A stretch of 64,000 nucleotides of DNA, from IMG/VR virus record IMGVR_UViG_3300037067_023527, positions 32,001-96,000 of that record, one strand, 5' to 3'. This document shows, piece by piece, positions 50,869 through 59,700 of the stretch. Below the pieces are notes generated by a model that worked only from the letters and a program-made list of their open reading frames with translations, ran no database searches and had not been told where the DNA came from. The position numbers and the translations under genes are program-made. Position 1 is the first letter of the stretch, and each line of letters begins with the position of its first letter. This DNA is from a virus. Taxonomy: Duplodnaviria > Caudoviricetes.

Positions 50869-52620
50869 ATGCCCGGAGAATCCCCTCAGATTGATTTCGA
50901 CCGCAAAGGAACGCTCGCCAACCAGTTTGAAAGACTGAATCAAATACTGAGGAGAATATTCCAGAGATTGAATGAAGTGGAGGCATTGGCTGCCGCTGGG
51001 GGGTCCGGCGGGGGAGGCGGCGGCACAATGGATCATGCCCTGTTGACCAACTTGGGATATGCCCAGGCCGCTCATACTGGATTCACGCCGAGTTCGCGAG
51101 CAATCAATACGACAGCGCCTCTTCAAGGCGGCGGTAATTTAAGCGCAGATCGTACTCTAACCATCCTGCAGGGAGAAGGATCAGGACTGGATGCGGATAA
51201 AGTCGACGGCCATCACGCTTATGAGACGGCTCCGTATTGGGGATTTCCGAATAGAAGCGATTCTCTTATTTCATTCTCCTATCCAACATTTACGATCGCT
51301 CCGGCTGTAACCCAATACGTTTTTTATGTCAATGGGGTGAAGTACACCAAGACAACTTCGTTGACGGCCGACATAACGGATACGGAGGGGATTTGGTTTT
51401 TTTATTTCAACTCCGCCGGCACGTTGGTGGCCAGCCAAACCCTTTGGGAAATAGATCAAATTGTCAGTCTGGCATATCTCTATTGGGATTCAGCTAACAA
51501 TGCCGTCCTGGTTTTTGCAGATGAGCGCCACGGTCCATCAATGGATCAAGTCACCCACAAATACCTGCACGAAACGATTGGTACAAGATTCGAAACCGGA
51601 GTGCTTGTAAGTGGTAATACAGCCGGAGATGGCGATCAGGATGTTCATGCTGAGTTGGGGGTATCGAGCGGATTTATTCACGATGAAGACGTGGAAATCA
51701 ACATTATAGACGATGCTACTCCCACGCCGCCATATCAGCAGATCCTCACTGTCCCAGCTCAGATACCGGTGTTTTATCGTGATGGGGCGGCCACATGGAG
51801 AAAAAAGACTGCCAATAATTTTCCCGTCCTGGAGGGATCATATTTCAGCCCGGCGCGTACCCGGTGCAGTTACAATCAATTCACCGCAGGGGCGTGGACT
51901 CAGACAGAAGTGACCAATCTGGATTTCTTCGCGGTATGGATATTTGCGACCAACGATATCAATACTCCCATTATCGCAATCCTAGGACAAAGAACGGACA
52001 CCACCTACGCAAACGCCCAGAACAATAATTCTTATAATTCTCTTAGCTTTGGCACGATGCCGTTTCAGGAGTTCAAGGTAATTGCCCGGGTCATTTTCCA
52101 GACTGCAAATGGTTATGCCAATGCGCCAAAAGCCAGAATCAGAGAGATTATTGATTACAGAAATTTCGGAACAGTGACAACGGCGGGATTCCCGGCCTCA
52201 ACCTCTCACTCTTCTTTAACCGGTCTTGGGGTTGATGACCATCTGCAATATCTCATTCTTACCGGAGTTCGCCCTATGGCGGGAGCCCTCGGGCCCGCGA
52301 TTATTGCTCTGACCGATGCCGCCACTATTGCGACGGATGCCTCCTTGGGAAATCACTTCAGGGTAACACTAGGAGACAATCGAATATTTGACAACCCGAC
52401 TGGGGCGCATGACGGTCAAATCCTGCGCATAGAATTCAAACAGGATGGGACCGGAGGAAGAACTCTTTCCTGGGGAGCCAATATCATAAAACCATACAAT
52501 GTTCCCGCTATTGTTCTTAGCATCGATCCAAACGTCACCGACATGATCCAGTTGGTTTACAATAGCTCAGAAGACAAATATGTTATAACTGGTTTCCTGA
52601 ACAACATTTACGGGGTTTGA
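50869..52620 (+). CDS. tail fiber protein
   Basis: GSGLDADKVDGHH, HSSLTGL..DDHLQY, LTDAATIATDAS, QDGTGGRTLSW. Confidence 0.8.
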   Translation: MPGESPQIDFDRKGTLANQFERLNQILRRIFQRLNEVEALAAAGGSGGGGGGTMDHALLTNLGYAQAAHTGFTPSSRAINTTAPLQGGGNLSADRTLTILQGEGSGLDADKVDGHHAYETAPYWGFPNRSDSLISFSYPTFTIAPAVTQYVFYVNGVKYTKTTSLTADITDTEGIWFFYFNSAGTLVASQTLWEIDQIVSLAYLYWDSANNAVLVFADERHGPSMDQVTHKYLHETIGTRFETGVLVSGNTAGDGDQDVHAELGVSSGFIHDEDVEINIIDDATPTPPYQQILTVPAQIPVFYRDGAATWRKKTANNFPVLEGSYFSPARTRCSYNQFTAGAWTQTEVTNLDFFAVWIFATNDINTPIIAILGQRTDTTYANAQNNNSYNSLSFGTMPFQEFKVIARVIFQTANGYANAPKARIREIIDYRNFGTVTTAGFPASTSHSSLTGLGVDDHLQYLILTGVRPMAGALGPAIIALTDAATIATDASLGNHFRVTLGDNRIFDNPTGAHDGQILRIEFKQDGTGGRTLSWGANIIKPYNVPAIVLSIDPNVTDMIQLVYNSSEDKYVITGFLNNIYGV

Positions 52621-52621
52621 T

Positions 52622-53827
52622 GTGACGCTGCACAAGACGGATTTTATTGAGTATCTTACGGGATCCCAACCCACTGGCTGGACTAAAAGATATACCACGA
52701 CCAACATCACGTATACCGTAGAAACTTCTGATTGGGCTTTAGCCCCGGGAAAATGCCTCCATGTAGTGAATAGCGCCACGGCACGGAAAATGTTCTCGTG
52801 GGACGCACTGGATGGCACTCAGAATTTCAGTGCTTTAGTTTTGATAAAGATTAGCAATATAAATACTGCTACGGCAGCATGGGGTCTTTACTTTAGATCC
52901 TCTGGTGCTGCAGGGTCAGAAACAACCTATTGGTTTAACTCAACCGCCACCCCTGGTGATTTCCGTTTTGGCAGGGTGGTTTCTGGGTCTGGAACGATTG
53001 GATCAGGTAATTCAATAGGCATGCCGGGCGGCAGAGATGACATGTATTTGTGGATGCGCTGGAGCGCGTCCGGATCTGCCATGAAATTCAAAATGTGGAG
53101 GTTTGACAGCGTTGAGCCCAATGAGTGGCATATTGAAATAACCGACACCACTATATCCGCGGCCGGATGGTTTGGATTTGGCGCGAGGTACGCCACCGAT
53201 TATAGGATTTATTGGATCGGTGTTGATGACGCCGCCACGGTGTCTGTCCCAGATGTATGGAGAGAAAGTACAAACTGGGGAATGAACCAAGTTGATGCCG
53301 ATACCTTAACCGGAGCAGGGGCGCTGATAAATTCTTTCGTTGTTCAGGGGGAACTTTATAACCTTTCCAATACGTTTCTAAAATCTGTTTCAGTTAAATT
53401 CGGGACACACACGCTTGGAAAAGATATTAGATTGGGAGCATATAGCGGAGGCGCGGCTAATGATCCCGCCGGGGCCTCATTGCTGGCAGATTTTGGTTTA
53501 ACCTCTGGCAGCGGGGCCGGATGGGTGACGCTGGTCGCCGGGAATCCCGTCCTAATTCCAGCAGGACAATATTTGTGGATCGCGGCTAAATCAAACGAAA
53601 CAACTGGCGTAAATATAAATAGTACAACAACTAGGCACTATGCCAGTAATATCCAGTCATTACGTGGTCGTGGCATCAATACGACAATGAGTGTCGACGA
53701 ACAGGACCCCTATCCCGCAACATATACTGGGGGGGTTACCTTTTCTGGGGCTTGGTACGCAATGCGTTTGGGGTTATGGCTTCCCCCTCCCATGTCTGTA
53801 TTCGGAGATTTGCATGGATATATTTGA
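52622..53827 (+). CDS. beta-rich receptor-binding/lectin-like virion protein
   Basis: G/S/T/W-rich, follows tail fiber. Confidence 0.5.
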   Translation: MTLHKTDFIEYLTGSQPTGWTKRYTTTNITYTVETSDWALAPGKCLHVVNSATARKMFSWDALDGTQNFSALVLIKISNINTATAAWGLYFRSSGAAGSETTYWFNSTATPGDFRFGRVVSGSGTIGSGNSIGMPGGRDDMYLWMRWSASGSAMKFKMWRFDSVEPNEWHIEITDTTISAAGWFGFGARYATDYRIYWIGVDDAATVSVPDVWRESTNWGMNQVDADTLTGAGALINSFVVQGELYNLSNTFLKSVSVKFGTHTLGKDIRLGAYSGGAANDPAGASLLADFGLTSGSGAGWVTLVAGNPVLIPAGQYLWIAAKSNETTGVNINSTTTRHYASNIQSLRGRGINTTMSVDEQDPYPATYTGGVTFSGAWYAMRLGLWLPPPMSVFGDLHGYI

Positions 53828-53872
53828 TCGGACTTGACTCGATTGTTTTAAGCTATCAGTCGGGAGAAACTT

Positions 53873-54457
53873 ATGGCAGAGAAAAAGGAATTTCAGTGGC
53901 TGCAGCCTCCATTCATGCTTATGCCCTACGTGGTGCAGGAGGGGATGTTCGCTCCGGAGGATCTCATATCTCTTCACAATCGAATCAAAGAAGAAGGGCT
54001 TTGGGATACGGTTTTTCATGACAATCCTCAGATGAATTTGCTGGAATTCATGAACTTCTTCAGCGCGCGCGGCGTCATGCTCCAAATTATCCACACTGTA
54101 GAAGGCGATGTCATTCAGGACAAGGCTGCGATAGCGTGGCTTTCCGGAGTGGAGCAGTACGGAGACAGCCTGAGGGCCATTGCATCATTCTGTGTTTTCA
54201 GGGATTACCAGAATCCGGTTATTGTCGACCGAATGGCCAAAATGGTTTTCTCCTACTGGTTTGATGAACTGGGGATGGAGATCGTCATAGGCATGACTCC
54301 GGAATCAAATTCACATGCAGTCAATTTCATAAAGCGGATTGGATTTATCGAAATAGGTCGGATCCCAAAATATTCATATTTGAAGGGGTCCAAGACTCCA
54401 TGCGTGATCACCTACATGGACAATGAACAGTATAAAACTCTCTATGGGGGCAAATAA
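53873..54457 (+). CDS. GNAT-like acetyltransferase
   Basis: GMTPESNSHAVNFIKRIGF..IG.IP. Confidence 0.7.
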   Translation: MAEKKEFQWLQPPFMLMPYVVQEGMFAPEDLISLHNRIKEEGLWDTVFHDNPQMNLLEFMNFFSARGVMLQIIHTVEGDVIQDKAAIAWLSGVEQYGDSLRAIASFCVFRDYQNPVIVDRMAKMVFSYWFDELGMEIVIGMTPESNSHAVNFIKRIGFIEIGRIPKYSYLKGSKTPCVITYMDNEQYKTLYGGK

Positions 54458-55032
54458 TGGGATCCGGGGAGCGCAAAAAGGCATCATCTGCCCTGCAACA
54501 ACAGGGATTGTTTGCTCAACGACAAGGCAATTTATCTCGACAATTGCTGGATGAATCAGCTCCATGGAGAGCAATCGCCGGGAAATATTACACGGATGTG
54601 GCAAAAGGCGGCGATGAACTGACTCGATCGGTTGCGCCCCAGATCAATGCGACCACCATGCAGTATCAAACCGCACTTAAAAGAGCGCGGGAGATGCCGG
54701 CGGGAGGATCCCGCGATCGCATGGTCCGAGAAATAAGATTGGGCGAGGCTGGAACAAAGGCCGGAATTTATTCTGGCGGCGTTCAGGATGCCGTAAACAA
54801 ATTGACCTCCATGAGCCAGTTTAACACGGGCGCCGGAATGGAGGGGTACGGAGCTGCAGGATCAGGATATTCCAGCGTGGCTCGCAGTTATTCCGATATG
54901 GCCAGAGACAAAGGCCAACAGGTAGCGGGCATGGCAGGCGGTCTGGGAGGATTGACGGCCATGGTTGGAGGCGGGAAGGGCAGTGGCACGCCTGGACCCA
55001 GTGCAGCACCATCAACCGCCGGATTGGCGTAG
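54457..55032 (+). CDS. putative DNA ejection/internal virion protein
   Basis: Gly/Ala-rich helical protein; position. Confidence 0.6.
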   Translation: MGSGERKKASSALQQQGLFAQRQGNLSRQLLDESAPWRAIAGKYYTDVAKGGDELTRSVAPQINATTMQYQTALKRAREMPAGGSRDRMVREIRLGEAGTKAGIYSGGVQDAVNKLTSMSQFNTGAGMEGYGAAGSGYSSVARSYSDMARDKGQQVAGMAGGLGGLTAMVGGGKGSGTPGPSAAPSTAGLA

Positions 55033-55039
55033 GAGACTC

Positions 55040-55153
55040 ATGAAAAAGAAATATTCCAAACCTGTTTTTAAGAAACTTTCAAAGTTCGACTTCACGCCGA
55101 AAAAATTCAAGCTTTCCTGCAGGCAATGCGGCGGGTGCCATGGCTGCAGATAA
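55040..55153 (+). CDS. 37-aa Cys-rich RiPP-precursor-like peptide
   Basis: RBS AGGAG; MKKKYSKPVFKKL...CRQCGGCHGCR. Confidence 0.55.
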   Translation: MKKKYSKPVFKKLSKFDFTPKKFKLSCRQCGGCHGCR

Positions 55154-55274
55154 AAAAGTCGGAGTAGTCGACAAGGCCAAGAAATATTTTTTGCGAAAAG
55201 GCGAGTACGTCGTTCCAGCTCGTAAGGCGAAGCGAATTCGCCGGGCTGCATCTCGCCCCGGACGTAGGGGATAG
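55140..55274 (+). CDS. 44-aa basic peptide (not in ORF track)
   Basis: MAADKKVG...LRKGEYVVPARKAKRIRR...RRG. Confidence 0.45.
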   Translation: MAADKKVGVVDKAKKYFLRKGEYVVPARKAKRIRRAASRPGRRG

Positions 55275-55282
55275 GAGGCGTC

Positions 55283-56755
55283 ATGCCTGATGCTCAGGGA
55301 GTATCGTCTGTCGTTGGGGAATTCCTCAAAGGCTACATGGGTCAGACCGCCCAAGAAGAGCAGAAGAAGGTCGAGAAGGTGCGCGGCATCCTGGACATAG
55401 CCGATCGATACCGGCGCATTGCAGAGGATCCGGACGCTTCCGACGTGGAATATAACCACGCCCAGGAGCAATACCAGACCTTTCTCGGCATGGCCGATAA
55501 AGAGTTCAACCGCAGCACCAGCGGTCTCGGCTCCATCATGAAGATCTTCGGTTTCGGCAAAAAAGGCAAAAATGGGACAACTCCATCAATGCCGAGGCAA
55601 TGGTTTCAAAAACCTCCTGAAAAGGGAGCCCCAACCGTCGCCGCGGCAATGCCTCGTCCGGGCTTTATGGGCCCGGAGCCAACTATCCCGCGGGAAGAAG
55701 ATATGCCGGCCGAATTCCGCGGCATTCCCCGTCAGATGTATGCCTCTGTACCCGGTACGGCCGCTCCCGCCCCCATTGCTCCTGTCGCAAATCCGGCGCC
55801 TCCAGACCAATATGCTGGTATGAGTCCAAGATTGGTGAGAAGAGCCCAATTTGCCGACATTCAAGCTGATAAAAACCAGCAGAGACAAATTGAAGCCGCA
55901 AAACAGACTGCGGAAATAAATAAACAAAACCAGCAGGATGTTTACAATTGGCAGCAACAACAGAGGCAGGCGCTGATCAAAGATCAGCTCGATGCATATC
56001 GCGCCAGACCCGAATATGGAACGGATCCCGAAGCCGACAGGCGCATGGAGGATTATATCCAATTTGGCATACAGCCTCGGCAAGAATCATTGCGGACAAA
56101 AACAGAAATAGTGCGCAATGAGGCAAACCAATTAGTCAGACGAACGACAGATTTGAGGAACGGGGAAACTATAAGCGAAGATCCTTATGCCAATGCCAAC
56201 GACGAACCTTTAATTCAGGCAATAATCGAAAACCATAGGGCAAAAGGAGAAACAGTAACGCCTGATCAGGCTTTGGCTGAATTAGGACAAGTTCGGTTAA
56301 GGGGATTGACCTTGACTAATACCGGGAAGGAAGCCGGCATTCAAGCCCAAGCCGCCCTTACTAAATCCAGGCAACAGAGAACGCAATTCCTTAAAGACAA
56401 GGAAAATAATGGAGGAACGCTTACTCCATCCCAGGCTGCCAGCCTGTATAAAGCGGCTAAGGCAAGTGCAATATCTAGATTTAAAGCAGAAGTTAGTGAA
56501 ATGGATCAACTGCAAATGAATCAGGCCACAAAGAATGCCATGATAGCCCGATTTGAAAAAGAGTATGTCGAAGGCGGTAGTGGGCAGGAAGGCATTATGG
56601 CATGGGATGAAATGATAAAACTTGTCAATCCCAATGCCGCGCCTCCGAAAACACCAGAGGAAAAAGCAAAGGCTTTCATTCAAAGCATGGTTGGAGCGCA
56701 AAAGAATAATCCTTCCGCTCCTGCAACGATCAGGCCTGGCAATTTACCCAAGTGA
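55283..56755 (+). CDS. putative ejection protein
   Basis: RBS AGGAGG; Q/A-rich helical with Pro-rich linker. Confidence 0.65.
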   Translation: MPDAQGVSSVVGEFLKGYMGQTAQEEQKKVEKVRGILDIADRYRRIAEDPDASDVEYNHAQEQYQTFLGMADKEFNRSTSGLGSIMKIFGFGKKGKNGTTPSMPRQWFQKPPEKGAPTVAAAMPRPGFMGPEPTIPREEDMPAEFRGIPRQMYASVPGTAAPAPIAPVANPAPPDQYAGMSPRLVRRAQFADIQADKNQQRQIEAAKQTAEINKQNQQDVYNWQQQQRQALIKDQLDAYRARPEYGTDPEADRRMEDYIQFGIQPRQESLRTKTEIVRNEANQLVRRTTDLRNGETISEDPYANANDEPLIQAIIENHRAKGETVTPDQALAELGQVRLRGLTLTNTGKEAGIQAQAALTKSRQQRTQFLKDKENNGGTLTPSQAASLYKAAKASAISRFKAEVSEMDQLQMNQATKNAMIARFEKEYVEGGSGQEGIMAWDEMIKLVNPNAAPPKTPEEKAKAFIQSMVGAQKNNPSAPATIRPGNLPK

Positions 56756-56766
56756 GCGATTCTTCT

Positions 56767-59700
56767 ATGGCAACAAATCCTGCTATTGCTCCGCAAGACG
56801 ATCCGTGGGAAAAGATAAAGGCGAAAGACGTTTATCTCAATCCCGAGTTTTACAAATTAGACAGGGATACTCGGGCCTACATTACGAGCAAGGTTGTTCC
56901 CGATTGGCAAAAATGGGATGAACCGACGCGCAACGCGACGATAGATGCACCGCTTACATATTGGCAGGAATATTACAAACCTGCTCCTCCACCCGAGGAA
57001 CCCTCCTTTTTCAGTAAAGCCGCCGGCGCGGTAAAGAATGTTTTGAATGAATTCGCCCTCTCCCAGGGTGAGGCCGCAAAAGAGCGGTCGCTTGCTGCAT
57101 TGCCGCAAGACTTTGGTCAGCCTCCAGACATTGATGAGGAAATCAAAAAGCAAAAAGAGGCCAGAAAGCCCAAAGCCAAATTCGACCCCGAGGGATCCGG
57201 GTACGACTATGAAGCCGCTCGATCAGCCGGATTGAATATGGACGAAACGGGCCATTGGCCTAGCCGTGATCCTAAAACAGGATTAATTTTGAAGGGCCGC
57301 GCTCATGAAACATGGTCTAAAACCGAGGAGGGTGAGCGGCAAGCCGGGTATCAAATTTATAAGAAAAACGGGAGATATTATTCCAAACCGATAAATATTC
57401 CTGCGTACAACGACCAGATTATTGCCGAACAAGCCGAAAAACTGAATGACGAATTGGGAGAAATTTCATTTAATTTGAAAGAAAGAGGCAAGGAAATTGA
57501 CTCTTTACTTCCTACCGTCGACCGGGCTAATCCCCAGAGCGTGGAATATTTCAATACCAAGGTTAATGAATATAATGGATTGATCACCCAGGCGAAAGAA
57601 CGCAAAAGTAAACTGGATCCGCTTCTGGCCACCGGCTATAAACTGAAACGCAGCGTTTGGGGCGCATCCGTAAATATCCCGGGAGGCGTTCCTGTCATCG
57701 ATCGCAGAACGGAAACCGAGAAACTTCCGCTGGAAACTGCCGCTCCGAAAACCAAGACGGGATTGAAGCCCGGCGAGACCGCGGAAATTTCCGAAGACGT
57801 TATCGCCCCAGACTTGGCAAACTACCAAGCAATGCCGGACGGTACGTTTATAGACCGGCGCCCAAATTCTCAGGGCAAGCACGACACCGTAAAGCTGATT
57901 GGCGGGCAACCCTATCGCGTAATAGAGCCTCCAGAAAAAACCGCTGAAGAACGCGTCATGCAGATCAATATCGATCGCATAACGAATGGTCAGGCTCCTC
58001 TTCCTATCCCAACCAGTCGTTTCGGCAATGCCGTGATGTCTACGATGAAGGGATTCGCTGAAGGATTGCCGGCGAATTTTAAATCTATCGCCGCAATGGG
58101 CCACCTGGCTCAATATGCGATGAATCCGCAAATTGACACGATCGCCGCAACAGGGATTGCTCCTGAACCTCCCAGATTGGAAGATAGTTGGTTGTGGCAA
58201 GCAGCTCAGGCGATTCAGGATAAAATTGATGCAGGACTCCCTGTCAATCCAGCTTTCCAGAATGAATTTTGGGCCTCCATGGTTCCGCAGGGGTTGGGAT
58301 CGACAGCATACTTCATGACAGTAGGAGCCCTCTCGAGCCGGCTTGGAATCAATCCACTCCTTTCAACGGCTGGTGGCGGCGCACTCGTTCAAATGGGACC
58401 GATGTATGAGGAAGCTTATTTGTCTGGAGCTCCACCGCTGGAATTATTTGCGACCGCGCTCGCGGGAATCGGCCTTGGTGCATCAGAAGCTATTCCGATA
58501 AACAAAGCCCTGAAAAGGTTTGATGACGTTACCGGAGGATTCGCCTCTCGATTTATCAAAAATCGCATGAGGAAGGCGCTCGAGGGCGGGATTCAGGGAT
58601 TCGCAGAGGAATTCCTGCAGGAGTTTTCACAGAACATTGGGCAGGATTGGGTGTCGAGCGCCACTACCCGCCGCGGGATCCCAACTGATTTAGACAAAAC
58701 ATACGGCCTGCCACAGAACCTTAATAGACCTCCCGCCAAAGAGATGAATATTAAGGAAGATTTCATGCAGGGATTGGCCGGCGGTGTGTCGGGCGCCGCA
58801 ATGTCTGCCCTGATGGCAACTCTGGGCGTCTCCAATTTCAGGAATCGCATTCGGCAAGCTTACAAGCAATCTGTCGACAATCTGCAAATGGAGATGCGAG
58901 ATCAGAGGGTCCCAGAAGAAGAAGTTAGATTGCGCATCGGATTGCTGAGAGCCCAGGAAAAGCAACTTATCCGGCGCCTGGAAAGACAGGCCGATGAGTT
59001 GGATAAAAAGGCAGATAACAAAGTTAAGGAATGGGAGAAACTTACAGGGACGAAGGCCGTAATGGTCCTCGATCCAGAAAGTGGCTCCGTCATTTCCATC
59101 AACAATAAGGCGGATTACGATCGCGCAAAAGAATCCCAGGAAAATGAAGCCCCTCCTGCTCCTCCAGCCGCGGCGGCTCCCGTTGTTCCGGAAGAGGCCG
59201 CGCCGCCGGCCCCGCCGGCGGTTACCCCAGAAACTCCTGCAATGACTGAAGAGCAAATTCAGCAACAGGTGTCGACCGGGGAAGAAAAGATTCGCCAGGA
59301 AGCCAAAAGAGTTGCGGATCAAAAAACGGATGAAGCCTTTGCCGCGGCCAGAGAAAAATGGAATAAACTCAAAGGGGAAATGGGACAGCTTTTTGAGGGC
59401 GCCGCGCCGGCCGTTCAGCCTGCTCAAAAAGAAGGACCCGCCGGCATGGAAACTCCACCGCTCTCCCCAGAGCAAGAGGCTTTCCATGGCTGGTTGAATA
59501 CCGTCTCTCCTTCCGAAAAAGCGGAATCCGTTGGTCAATACCAGGATTGGGTGAAAGAGACCCTTCCAGAAGAACTCAGGCCGTATGCTCCGTCATACTT
59601 GCGAGCGCAAGCGCATTTTGCCGAGGGACTTATTGGAACTGAAGGTATGGCCGAATGGGCCGCAAAAGAAGCCCAAAGAATCCAAGTGGAGGCGGCTAAA

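Noticed and set aside
50869-53827. Diversity-generating retroelement target in the fiber genes
   Set aside because: No reverse transcriptase or adenine-mismatched template repeat noticed in this window
8346-54720. About ten copies of the HIP1 octamer GCGATCGC (e.g. 8346, 9733, 13611, 14178, 15381, 25621, 32868, 37111, 37433, 54713)
   Set aside because: Density is well below cyanobacterial HIP1 levels and CGATCG is common throughout; plausibly codon/GATC bias. Needs a Markov-model test.
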